Below are positions 19,110-27,706 of a stretch of 52,255 nucleotides of DNA, in pieces. The notes under the pieces are model-generated. The model was not told the origin of the DNA. It saw nothing but the letters and a program-made list of their open reading frames with translations, and searched no databases. Made by a program: the position numbers and the translations under genes. The DNA is from Acidobacteriota bacterium (lineage in GTDB: Bacteria > Acidobacteriota > Terriglobia > Bryobacterales > Bryobacteraceae): contig JACOTZ010000166.1 of NCBI GenBank assembly GCA_016178155.1, forward strand, positions 1 to 52,255. Direction: 5' to 3'. The first letter of the stretch is position 1; each line of letters begins with the position of its first letter.

Positions 19110-20264
19110 ATGGCGACGAAGCAGCAGGATTATTACGAAGTGCTGGGTGTCCCCCGCACCGCTGGCGACCAGGAGATCCGCAAAGCTTACCGGCGGCTTG
19201 CGCGCAAGTACCACCCCGACCTCAACCCCGGCGACCAGGCGGCCGAGGAGCGCTTCAAGAGCGTTCAGCACGCCTACGACGTCCTGAGCGAACCGAAGAA
19301 GCGCCAGATGTATGACCAGTTAGGCTTCTATTCCGAGACGGGTATGCCCGGCGCCGGTCCGGGCGCCGGTACCGGCCAGGGCCCGCACATGGACTTCGGC
19401 GGCTTCGACTTCTCCGATTTCGCGGGCGGCGCCGGCGCCGAAGGCTTCCGCGGCGGCGGGTTCCGTGACATCTTCAGCCAGTTTTTCGGCGGCCGCGCCG
19501 CTCCCGGTCAGGCCCAGCCGCAGCGCGGAGCCGATCTCGAATACTCGCTCTCGATCGGCTTCTGGGAAGCCATCCGGGGCACCCAGGTCAAGCTCAATAT
19601 CACGCGCCAGGACGTCTGCCCTCCCTGCAAGGGCGCCGGGTACACGGGCGAGGGCAGCCCGGTGTGCCCGCAATGCAACGGCAGCGGAACCGTCACTCAG
19701 ATGGCGGGAGCCATGCGGTTCAACCTCACCTGTCCGCGATGCGGCGGCCAGGGCCGCTTGAGGAATGCCTGCCCGACCTGCCATGGCGATGGCCGCGTCG
19801 GCCGCTCCGAGATCGTCGAGGTGCGCATTCCGCCGGGCGCACAGACAGGCTCGAGGCTGCGCGTCGCGGGCAAAGGCAATGCCGGCACCATGGGCGCTCC
19901 GGCCGGCGACCTCTACATCACCGTTCGGGTCGAGCAGCACCCGCTGTTTCGCCGCGAGGGGGATGACATTCATATCCAGTTGCCCGTCAGCATCGTCGAA
20001 GCCGGGCTCGGCGCCAAAATCGAGGTGCCCACCATCGACGGGCGCGCGCTGCTCAAGATTCCTCAGGGCACGCAAAACGGTCAGAAGTTCCGGCTGCGCG
20101 AGAAAGGCGTCTTCAATCCGCGCAAGAACCGCCGCGGCGACCAGATCGTCGACGTTGTCCTGCAGGCGCCCAGGGTCCGGGACGAAAAGACCAGGGAGCT
20201 GCTGCGCGAATTCGCCAAACTGCAAACCGAAGATCCCAGAGCCGAAGTCTGGAGCAAAATCTGA
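19110..20264 (+). CDS. dnaJ: Co-chaperone DnaJ (Hsp40)
   Basis: J-domain with the HPD motif (KYHPDLNP), a G/F-rich linker, and four CxxCxGxG zinc motifs. Confidence 0.97.
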   Translation: MATKQQDYYEVLGVPRTAGDQEIRKAYRRLARKYHPDLNPGDQAAEERFKSVQHAYDVLSEPKKRQMYDQLGFYSETGMPGAGPGAGTGQGPHMDFGGFDFSDFAGGAGAEGFRGGGFRDIFSQFFGGRAAPGQAQPQRGADLEYSLSIGFWEAIRGTQVKLNITRQDVCPPCKGAGYTGEGSPVCPQCNGSGTVTQMAGAMRFNLTCPRCGGQGRLRNACPTCHGDGRVGRSEIVEVRIPPGAQTGSRLRVAGKGNAGTMGAPAGDLYITVRVEQHPLFRREGDDIHIQLPVSIVEAGLGAKIEVPTIDGRALLKIPQGTQNGQKFRLREKGVFNPRKNRRGDQIVDVVLQAPRVRDEKTRELLREFAKLQTEDPRAEVWSKI

Positions 20265-20265
20265 T

Positions 20266-20670
20266 ATGGCGAAGTCGAAATCGAGAGCCGGCTACATGAT
20301 TTCCGCGGTCGCCGAGCAGTACCAGATTCACCCGCAGACGCTGCGGCTGTACGAGCGCGAAGGACTACTGATGCCGTCGCGCACCGAAGGCAACACCCGC
20401 ATGTATACGGATGAAGACATCGAGCGGCTGGAAGTGATTCTCAAACTCACCCGCGATCTGGGCGTCAATCTCGCCGGCGTTGAGGTCATTCTCAATATGC
20501 GCGAGAAGATGTCGGCCATGCAGAAGCAGATCGAGGAATTCGTAGCCACCCTCAATACCGAGCTCGCCCGCAATCTCACGCCTCCCGAGCCGCCCGCTAG
20601 ACACTCCCTCATCCCTGTGGCCCACGCCGCGCCGAACAACACCGAATCCGGGGGCCGCCGCAAGCGTTAG
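20266..20670 (+). CDS. hspR: MerR-family heat-shock repressor HspR
   Basis: ORF 19765.. trimmed to the ATG at 20266, 1 nt after the dnaJ stop. The sequence YMISAVAEQYQIHPQTLRLYEREGLLMPSRTEGNTRMY is the HspR/MerR HTH. Confidence 0.85.
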   Translation: MAKSKSRAGYMISAVAEQYQIHPQTLRLYEREGLLMPSRTEGNTRMYTDEDIERLEVILKLTRDLGVNLAGVEVILNMREKMSAMQKQIEEFVATLNTELARNLTPPEPPARHSLIPVAHAAPNNTESGGRRKR

Positions 20671-20698
20671 GGCGGTGACCCCAATCCGTGCGGGACGC

Positions 20699-21319
20699 CT
20701 ACCGCATCGTCTCCAGGTAGTCGCCCGTGCTGGCGTTCACATAGACCGAGTAATTGCTGGTGCTGATTGACTCTCCCCAGATCACCCGCCAGGTCAGGTA
20801 CGGATGGCGGCTGGTCTGTTCGAGCAGGAACATCACCGGCTTGTCCGGGTTCTTCTTCACGTACGCGGCGCTCTTCTTGAGAGCAGTTTCGTAAGCGGCG
20901 TTGGAGTCGATCTTGAATGCGGCTACCGTCCACGGCTGCGCGTTCGGTCGCGACCCACCCCAGTTTTCGGGGACATTGCCGAAGACGCCTGTATGGAGGT
21001 TGCCGGCGGCCTCCACGATCGAGTACGTGTAAGTCCTCATCTTCTGCTGGCTGGGCGACACGAACGTGCATTCCCATGCGCCGGCCTTTCCCGGCTCGGC
21101 TGCTTTGACTTCCGCCAGAGGCACGTTCCGGCAGCGCAAGCCCTGGGCGTCCGGCGCCCAACCACGTGCGGTAATGTACATCTGCTGAAAAGCGCGGCGG
21201 GCGGTGATCGGCTCGGCGGCCTTCTCCGGTTCTTTGCGCGCCTCCGCCGGCTTGGGCGATTCACTGCAGGCCGGGAGCATAAGTGTAGCGCAGAGCACTG
21301 CCAGAGATCGGATGTTCAT
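20699..21319 (-). CDS. Lipoprotein, possibly with PepSY-like repeats
   Basis: ORF trimmed to MNIRSLAVLCATLMLPAC (lipobox LPAC). The C-terminal YVNASTGDYLE resembles the end of a PepSY domain. Confidence 0.6.
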   Translation of the reverse strand: MNIRSLAVLCATLMLPACSESPKPAEARKEPEKAAEPITARRAFQQMYITARGWAPDAQGLRCRNVPLAEVKAAEPGKAGAWECTFVSPSQQKMRTYTYSIVEAAGNLHTGVFGNVPENWGGSRPNAQPWTVAAFKIDSNAAYETALKKSAAYVKKNPDKPVMFLLEQTSRHPYLTWRVIWGESISTSNYSVYVNASTGDYLETMR

Positions 21320-21453
21320 GACAACCCATCGTAACCCCGCCTGGCTGCCATGGTGTCGACTCGCCCTCCCCCCAGTGCCCCAGATCGGCCCGGCGTTTTG
21401 CTCAGGTTGTGGGCCGTGTGCCATAATTCAAGCAAGTCCTGGAGGTACCCCCA

Positions 21454-22758
21454 ATGAAAACCGGTCCTGCTTTTCGCCATTTCGTTTCCGTGGCGCTGGC
21501 GCTGCTCGTGTGCGCTTCCATGCTTGCGGCACAGGAGGCTGGCGCGCAGGCGCCACCCGCGTCCCCGCCCGGTGGTGGGGGCACGGGAGGACAGCAGCCT
21601 GGTGCACCGGGCGGTGCTCCCGGCGTTCCCGGCACGCCCGGCCGCGACCCCGGAATGGGAAGGCAGCCGCAGCAGCAGCCCTTCCCTGAGCCCCGCCAGC
21701 AGATGCCCGAGATGCAGCGCATGATCTTTCTGTCCGGCAAGGTCGTCATGGACGACGGCACGCCCCCGCCTGAGCAGGTGGTGATCGAGCGCGTCTGCAA
21801 TGGCATGCCGCGCCCGGAGGGCTACACCGATTCAAAGGGCCGTTTCAGTATTCAGCTCGGCGGCAATAACGCGGCCGTCATGATGGACGCCAGTGTCAGC
21901 TCGGCAGAAATGGACCCGAGCGCCATGGGCAGCCGCTCGGGTGCTTCGCGCTCGCCTTTCGGGCAGCGCGGGATCTCCGAGCGCGATCTGATGGGCTGCG
22001 ATCTGCGCGCCTCGCTCGCAGGTTTTCGCTCGGACGTCGTCAACCTCTCCGGCCGCCGCGCCATGGATAATCCGGACATCGGCACCATCGTGCTGCACCG
22101 GCTTGCGAAGGTGGAGGGCTTCACCTTCAGCGCCACCACAGCGTTCGCGCCGAAAGACGCCCGCAAGGCGTTCGAGAAAGGCCGGCAGGAAACAAAAAAG
22201 AAGAAGTTTGCCAACGCCGAGAAGGAGTTGAAGAAGGCGGTCGGGCTGTACCCGAAGTTCGCGGTCGCCTGGTATGAGCTGGGGACGGTGTACCAGCAGC
22301 AGAACAAGCTCGACGACGCCCGCAACGCCTACCAGGAATCGCTCAAGGCGGACCCCAAGCTGGTCACGCCGTACGCGCAGCTCGCGCGCCTGGCGGCGAC
22401 CGACCAGAAATGGCGCGAGGTGGCCGATTACACCTCCACGCTGCTGCGGCTCAACCCGTTCTTTTCCCCGGATCCCTACTTTTACAGTGCTGTAGCGAAC
22501 TACAACCTGCAGAAGTTCGATGTGTCGGAGGAGCACGTCCGCGAGGCGCTGAAGATGGATCCGCAGCGCTTCCCGCAGGCGCACCACCTGTTGGCCGCGC
22601 TGCTCGCCAACAAGCACGACTACAAAGGCGCGGCCGATGCTATGCGCACTTATATCAAGCTCGCGCCGAATGCCGCCAACTCTGCCCAGGCGCGGCAACA
22701 GCTCGCTGAAATCGAGCGGTTAAGCGGCGCCCCGCCGGCCAAACCCGAGGCGCAGTAA
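21454..22758 (+). CDS. Secreted protein with a G/P/Q-rich linker, a carboxypeptidase-regulatory-like domain and C-terminal TPR repeats
   Basis: Signal peptide ending MLAAQEA. Low-complexity PGGGGTGGQQPGAPGGAPGVPGTPG linker. IFLSGKVVMDDGTP...GYTDSKGRFSI is the regulatory-like domain. The TPR-like part includes AWYELGTVYQQQNKLDDARNAYQESLKADP. Confidence 0.75.
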   Translation: MKTGPAFRHFVSVALALLVCASMLAAQEAGAQAPPASPPGGGGTGGQQPGAPGGAPGVPGTPGRDPGMGRQPQQQPFPEPRQQMPEMQRMIFLSGKVVMDDGTPPPEQVVIERVCNGMPRPEGYTDSKGRFSIQLGGNNAAVMMDASVSSAEMDPSAMGSRSGASRSPFGQRGISERDLMGCDLRASLAGFRSDVVNLSGRRAMDNPDIGTIVLHRLAKVEGFTFSATTAFAPKDARKAFEKGRQETKKKKFANAEKELKKAVGLYPKFAVAWYELGTVYQQQNKLDDARNAYQESLKADPKLVTPYAQLARLAATDQKWREVADYTSTLLRLNPFFSPDPYFYSAVANYNLQKFDVSEEHVREALKMDPQRFPQAHHLLAALLANKHDYKGAADAMRTYIKLAPNAANSAQARQQLAEIERLSGAPPAKPEAQ

Positions 22759-22789
22759 GGGGCGGCCCCGTTACACTGGTACAGGCAGC

Positions 22790-22866
22790 GGGCGGTTAGC
22801 TCAGCCGGTTAGAGCGCCTGCCTTACAAGCAGGAGGTCCGCAGTTCGAGTCTGCGACCGCCCACCA
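22790..22866 (+). tRNA. tRNA-Val (anticodon TAC), CCA encoded
   Basis: Acceptor stem GGGCGGT/ACCGCCC, anticodon arm CCTGC-CTTACAA-GCAGG, T-arm CGCAG-TTCGAGT-CTGCG, and a terminal ACCA. Confidence 0.95.
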
Positions 22867-22947
22867 CAGCCGGCATCGTGGCCCAGCCCGCAATGCACGC
22901 CGCCGTCCGCCAGACGCCCCGCCACGAACCCGTCAGCCAACCACCGT

Positions 22948-25900
22948 TCAAAACATCAGCTTGAGCGCCAGTTGGCCAACGCGCGGCTGGCCGGTGGTCG
23001 AATTGACCTGGCCGAACTGTCCGCTGCCCATGCCGACTACCGGCAGCCAGAAGTTCGGGCGGTTGAAAGTATTAAAGGCCTCCGCACGAAACTGGAGCGT
23101 GGCTCTTTCCCATAGCGTCGTGTTCTTGATCAGCGAAAAATCAACGTTGATCAGGTTGGGGCCGCGCACGTCCGGCAGCGTGCGGCCCACGTTGCCCAGG
23201 GTGAAGGAAGCCGGCATGACGAATTGCGCGGTGTCGAACCATTTCTCGATCGCCTCGCCGCGCGGGCGGTCCTCGCTGATCCTGGCGCTCCGCCCGGTGC
23301 TGTTAGGACGGTTGCCGCCGTTGGGAATGGGCGCGGTGATCATCAAGGGAACTCCAGAGCGGTAACTGGTAACCCCATTCACCTGCCAGCCTTCCGCCAG
23401 ACGCCGCGCCAATCCTTTTGTATTGGCGAACAGCGCTTTGCCCGGACCGAACGGCAATCCTACAACGTAGCTCACGGTCAGGTTGCGGGCGACATCCGAC
23501 TCCGAAAGACCTTTCTCCGACCGCAGGTCATACCAGTTCTGGACCGAGGCGGAACCCCCCGGGCCGATGGGGGCCACCTGCGAGTTGGCGTCGGTCAGCA
23601 GCTTCGCGCCTGTAAACGCCACCAGAAAGCTGATGTCGGCGGAAAAACGCTTCTCCAGCTTCAGTTGTAGGGAGTGATAGTTGGAGTTCGCCGACGTGGA
23701 ATTGATGACCTGAATGGAGGTGTACTGCGGGTAGGGCAGCAGCAGCGAGCGCTGCACCACTCGGGGCTGCGCCAGTTGACCAGTGGTGATCGTTCCGTAG
23801 AACGGGTTGGTTACTTGCGCCAGCAGCGCGGTGCCCTCCGAGAGGTACTTGGGATCCAGCGCATTGATTTCACGGTTGCGGTAGGCGAGATGCGTGCCCT
23901 TGCTGCCGGCGTACGCAATGTCGAAAACCAGGTCGCGAGCGATCTGCTGCTGCACATCGAAGTTCCATTGCCACACCGTCGGTGTGATGGGCGTCTGGTC
24001 CCATACGGTCAGGCCCTGACCGAGATATGTGCTCGCCCCGAGGCTGTTCCGAGTGGGCTGGTTCAGCCCCTCGGGGAAGGGGTTCGCGAGCGTGCGAAAC
24101 GGTGTGAGACCGCCGTCCACCGACGCTACCAACGGCGTTGAGGAACTGTAGCCCGGGTTGGGAATGAAGCCCACGGCGTTGTTGCTGATTTCGAGCGGCG
24201 AGTAAAACAACCCGGCTCCCGCGCGGATCACCGTTCGCGGGAACAGCGTGTAGGCTATGCCCGCGCGCGGAGCGAAGTTGTTGCGGTCCCAGTCGAAAAT
24301 GTGGCGTGAGTCGTCATCGGCGAAGTGCAACGCGCCGGTCAGATTCGGAAATTGCGTGTTGCGCGCGGGGGATGGCGCCGCGGAATCGAACCACGCGAGT
24401 GAGTTGCGGCGCTCCGTGTAAGGGGATTCGGTCTCATAGCGCAACCCAAAATTGACCGTGAGCCTCGAGGTCAGCCGGAGATCGTCCTGCACGTAACCTG
24501 CCCAATACCAGTTCTGCAGCGACGCGCCGGACTCGAGGGGGGCCCTGCCGCTGGCCGGCATTCCAAGCAGCAGGCTGGCCATTCCGTTGCCGGCATCATT
24601 GTAGAACCGGTTCGGGTCGGGCCCGCGGGTGTAGATGCGGTTGAAGGTATAGCTTCCACCCGCGCCATTGTTGTTGAAGTAGTTGATGCGGCGCAGCCGC
24701 ATGTCGCCGCCAAACTTCAACGTGTGTTTCCCGGCGATCCAGGTCAACGACGGGAGAATGCTGTGCGTGTCGTTCCCGTTGTCGAGATAACTTTGACCGC
24801 CAAGCCCCGAATACTGGTCGATCGTAATGGCGGGAAACACGGGTATTTGAAACTGGCTCACGAGGCTGGCCGGAAAGCCCAACTGGCGCTGGTCGAACCC
24901 GTAGCTGCGAGTCGTCCGCAGTTGATACCAGCGTGCAAAACCGTAGCGGATATCCAGAATGGCCGTGGCACTCAGGGTCAGGGTGTCGTCGAAGGCGAAG
25001 GTGTGCTGGCGAAAGGGCGTGGTCCCGACGGAACCGGCGCCCGGCGTGGCTACGTTCGCGAACACGTCAGGCTGAGTCAACACCGTCACCATCCGGGCGA
25101 AGCGGCCATAGATGCGGTGACGTTCGGAAAAGTTGTGGTCCATGCGGCCGCTGAACTGATTCTGGTCGACGATGCGGCTCGCGTTGCTTACGAAATTGTT
25201 GAAGCCCGTGTAGCGGTCGCCCGCGGTGTTGGGCTGCGGAAAGTACTCGATGAGCTTGCGGGCGATGGGATCAATCCGGCTCGCGGGAATTGCGTTCGCC
25301 GCGAACGGCGAGCGTATGTACTGCCCGGCGCGAGCGGGGTCTCGTATTGTGGTCAGTGGATCGTAAATCACGACCGTCTCGCCGCGGTTGTTCAGGGTGC
25401 GGCCGAAGTCGCCCGTGCGCTCGAGCGCGGTCGGCACCGTGGTAAAGAAAACACTGCCGCGGCGCCAGCGGCTGCCCTGATAATCCGCGAAGAAGAACGT
25501 CTTGCTGCGGCCGTTGTACAGCTTGCCGAGCACCAGGGGACCGCCCGCCGAGCCTCCGAACTGGTTCATCCGGAAGGGAGGAATAGACCGGCCCGCACGG
25601 TTGTTGAAGAATTCGTTGGCATCGAATGCGCTGTTCCGCAGGAACTCATAAAGCGTGCCGTGGAGTTCGTTGGTGCCGGACTTAGTGGAGACATTCAGAA
25701 CACCGCCGCCGCTCCGGCCCCACTCCGCGGAAAGATTGTTGGACTGTACCTTGAACTCCTGGGTGGCCTCCACCGAGGGGATGGTCGTGATCTGGTTGAA
25801 GAAACCAGCGGTGCTGGGGACGCCGTCAATCTGCACTTCGTTCGATTGAAAGCGGCCGCCGTTAATCGAGAAATTGGAGTCCCAGGTAGTGTTCACCGCC

Positions 25901-26400
25901 AAATCGCCGAACTGGCCATTGGCCGAGGGCGCACTCAGAATGCCCGGTGTCAATTGCACCAGGCGGAAAGGGCTCCGGCCGTTCAGCGGTAGATTGGCAA
26001 TCTTCGAGCTGTCCACCACCTGTCCAAGCGCCGAGCTGTCGGTTTGCAGAATTGGAGCCACGGCACTGACTTCCACAGCCTGGGTGATCTGACCGACCTG
26101 GAGGACGATGTCCAGGCGCGCAACCTGGTCCACCGCCAGCGTAATGCGCTCGTGAGTGACGGGGCGGAAACCAGCCTTCTGAGCCTCCACTCTGTACGAG
26201 CCAACCGGCAGCAGGGGGACGGTAAAGATGCCGCTGGCATTGGTGGAGGTTTTCATGACGACCGAGGTGGCCGTATTTGTGACTGTGATCTCCACGCCGG
26301 GCACGACAGCATCGGTTGGATCGGTCACTCGACCGGTAATCTGGGCCGTTTGGCCGAACGCCGTCAAAGCCAGAAGGGATAAGCAAAGAAGCCGCATCAT
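22948..26400 (-). CDS. TonB-dependent outer-membrane receptor with carboxypeptidase-regulatory-like domain (paralog 2)
   Basis: ORF trimmed to MMRLLCLSLLALTAFGQTAQITGRVTD. The C-terminus ends LALKLMF. Confidence 0.9.
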   Translation of the reverse strand: MMRLLCLSLLALTAFGQTAQITGRVTDPTDAVVPGVEITVTNTATSVVMKTSTNASGIFTVPLLPVGSYRVEAQKAGFRPVTHERITLAVDQVARLDIVLQVGQITQAVEVSAVAPILQTDSSALGQVVDSSKIANLPLNGRSPFRLVQLTPGILSAPSANGQFGDLAVNTTWDSNFSINGGRFQSNEVQIDGVPSTAGFFNQITTIPSVEATQEFKVQSNNLSAEWGRSGGGVLNVSTKSGTNELHGTLYEFLRNSAFDANEFFNNRAGRSIPPFRMNQFGGSAGGPLVLGKLYNGRSKTFFFADYQGSRWRRGSVFFTTVPTALERTGDFGRTLNNRGETVVIYDPLTTIRDPARAGQYIRSPFAANAIPASRIDPIARKLIEYFPQPNTAGDRYTGFNNFVSNASRIVDQNQFSGRMDHNFSERHRIYGRFARMVTVLTQPDVFANVATPGAGSVGTTPFRQHTFAFDDTLTLSATAILDIRYGFARWYQLRTTRSYGFDQRQLGFPASLVSQFQIPVFPAITIDQYSGLGGQSYLDNGNDTHSILPSLTWIAGKHTLKFGGDMRLRRINYFNNNGAGGSYTFNRIYTRGPDPNRFYNDAGNGMASLLLGMPASGRAPLESGASLQNWYWAGYVQDDLRLTSRLTVNFGLRYETESPYTERRNSLAWFDSAAPSPARNTQFPNLTGALHFADDDSRHIFDWDRNNFAPRAGIAYTLFPRTVIRAGAGLFYSPLEISNNAVGFIPNPGYSSSTPLVASVDGGLTPFRTLANPFPEGLNQPTRNSLGASTYLGQGLTVWDQTPITPTVWQWNFDVQQQIARDLVFDIAYAGSKGTHLAYRNREINALDPKYLSEGTALLAQVTNPFYGTITTGQLAQPRVVQRSLLLPYPQYTSIQVINSTSANSNYHSLQLKLEKRFSADISFLVAFTGAKLLTDANSQVAPIGPGGSASVQNWYDLRSEKGLSESDVARNLTVSYVVGLPFGPGKALFANTKGLARRLAEGWQVNGVTSYRSGVPLMITAPIPNGGNRPNSTGRSARISEDRPRGEAIEKWFDTAQFVMPASFTLGNVGRTLPDVRGPNLINVDFSLIKNTTLWERATLQFRAEAFNTFNRPNFWLPVVGMGSGQFGQVNSTTGQPRVGQLALKLMF

Positions 26401-26430
26401 GTTCGCTTGCAGGTTAAGGTCTGTGTAGGC

Positions 26431-26460
26431 GTTATAACCTTGCCGGCAAACGGAAGTCAA
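26431..26460 (-). promoter_or_regulatory. sigma-70-type promoter for TonB receptor paralog 2
   Basis: On the minus strand: TTGACT (26460-26455), 18-nt spacer, TATAAC (26436-26431). The spacer contains the 10-bp palindrome TTGCCGGCAA (26440-26449). Confidence 0.45.
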
Positions 26461-26468
26461 GCCGAGGT

Positions 26469-26486
26469 CACAATTTGCACAATTTG
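26469..26486. repeat. Tandem 9-mer CACAATTTG x2 just upstream of the -35 element
   Basis: Exact direct repeat read from the sequence. Possible activator or repressor site. Confidence 0.5.
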
Positions 26487-26656
26487 ACGAACCGGACCGG
26501 GCTCCCGCGAATGCACATAAGCGCGTTGTACGGGCGCGTGCTCATGCTCCCCGGATCCGTGACTGCAGCGGAAGGTGGTCCGCGCCGCGGAGAGCGAAAA
26601 GGCGGGCTTTGAGCAACTCGAGCCGTCGTGGACTCGCCGGCACGGGCCTGCCGTGA

Positions 26657-27562
26657 TTACTCGACCGGCGCGCCGGCGCGGCGACCGTGAGTAGCTGCGG
26701 TCCCGAGTACGATCGGCGCTCCTGCATTCACCATCGCTCCTATCGTAGGTCCCTGAAAGAACGTGAATCCAGGACGGTCCTTCCAGTTAAGCGGCCCCCC
26801 TAGGTACTTCTTCGCACTCAGAACAGAGTCGTGGATCCGGGTAACCAGCGCCTCGTACTGCGGGTTGCCTTTCCGGTCCGGCCCCGTGGGCGGAAATCCC
26901 GAGAAGCTCCCCAAATCCGTACTGGCGGCGAAAACCACATCGACCCCCGGGACTGCGGCGATCCGATCGGCAATGTCCACGCCCGCCGGGTTCTCGATCA
27001 TGGCCACCACCATGATGTTGTCGTTGGCCGTCCGGCGGTAGTCGCTTCCCCAGATCCGGCTGTGCTGGCCGCCGCCCTGGCTGCGCCGCCCGATCGGCGG
27101 GTATTTCGCATACTTGACCGCCGCCTGCGCCTTCTCGACGGTATCGACCATGGGCACGATGATTCCCAGCGCCCCAAGGTCCGTCGCCTTCTGGATATCG
27201 CCGTCGGTCGCATCCGGCACTCGAACCATCGGAATGGCCTTCGCGCCCTTGCAGCTCGAAATCAGGTGGGCCGTCTGATCATACGTGAGCGTGCTATGCT
27301 GCATCTCGATCCAGGTGCAGTCGAACCCGGAATTGGCAATGGCGCAGTAGGCTTCCGGCTCCGCCGCGGACACGGTAGCACAGACCACCTGCTTACCTTC
27401 CGCCAGCTTCTGCTTGACCGTGTTGTAGATCCGGGGCTCCGCTGTCCGCTCTCTTTGCGCGGGCGCTGCAACCTGGCCCTGTTGTGTTCGGGCCACCTGC
27501 GCAATGGTCACTCCCAGAATCCCGCAAAGCAGGATCGGGAAAACGAGGCGCTTCAATGTCAT
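26657..27562 (-). CDS. HpcH/HpaI-family class II (pyruvate-forming) aldolase with Sec signal peptide
   Basis: ORF trimmed to MTLKRLVFPILLCGILGVTIAQ, with GGAGG upstream. Aligns by eye with E. coli HpaI, including MVRV (Arg), VPMVD..AVKYAKYPPIGRR, MIEN (Glu) and ASTDL (Asp). Confidence 0.85.
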   Translation of the reverse strand: MTLKRLVFPILLCGILGVTIAQVARTQQGQVAAPAQRERTAEPRIYNTVKQKLAEGKQVVCATVSAAEPEAYCAIANSGFDCTWIEMQHSTLTYDQTAHLISSCKGAKAIPMVRVPDATDGDIQKATDLGALGIIVPMVDTVEKAQAAVKYAKYPPIGRRSQGGGQHSRIWGSDYRRTANDNIMVVAMIENPAGVDIADRIAAVPGVDVVFAASTDLGSFSGFPPTGPDRKGNPQYEALVTRIHDSVLSAKKYLGGPLNWKDRPGFTFFQGPTIGAMVNAGAPIVLGTAATHGRRAGAPVE

Positions 27563-27580
27563 AATCCCTCCGCGCGACGT

Positions 27581-27609
27581 ATTGTAACAGCGTTGCATCG
27601 TATTGTCGC
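27581..27609 (-). promoter_or_regulatory. Possible internal promoter ahead of the aldolase gene
   Basis: On the minus strand: GCGACA (27609-27604), 17-nt spacer, TACAAT (27586-27581). Confidence 0.35.
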
Positions 27610-27614
27610 GGCAT

Positions 27615-27637
27615 CCGCTGATTCCGCTGATTCCGCC
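27615..27637. repeat. Tandem 9-mer CCGCTGATT x2 plus a partial third copy
   Basis: Exact direct repeat in the 144-nt gap between the RidA fusion and the aldolase gene. CGTATTGT also occurs twice nearby (27578-27585 and 27599-27606). Confidence 0.45.
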
Positions 27638-27706
27638 GGGCTGGCCGGAAACAACCCGGGGCCGCTGCAAATGCCGCACCCCGCCGCTCACACGTCCGTC
27701 CGCCCG

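Noticed and set aside
19765-20670. N-terminally extended versions of several ORFs (19765.. for hspR, 11083.. for xerC, 44484.. for the RND adaptor, 10050.. for trmFO, 21424 for the lipoprotein, 26460 and 42777 for the receptors).
   Set aside because: The extensions overlap the upstream gene in another frame and are low-complexity. Internal starts give canonical N-termini (HTH, signal peptide, lipobox or GxGxxG) and tidy operon junctions.
22867-22947. The tRNA-Val gene as an integration site for a genomic island carrying the receptor plus exported-enzyme cluster.
   Set aside because: No integrase lies adjacent; xerC is about 10 kb away on the other side and paired with trmFO. I saw no direct repeat of the tRNA 3' end, and composition does not shift obviously across the junction.
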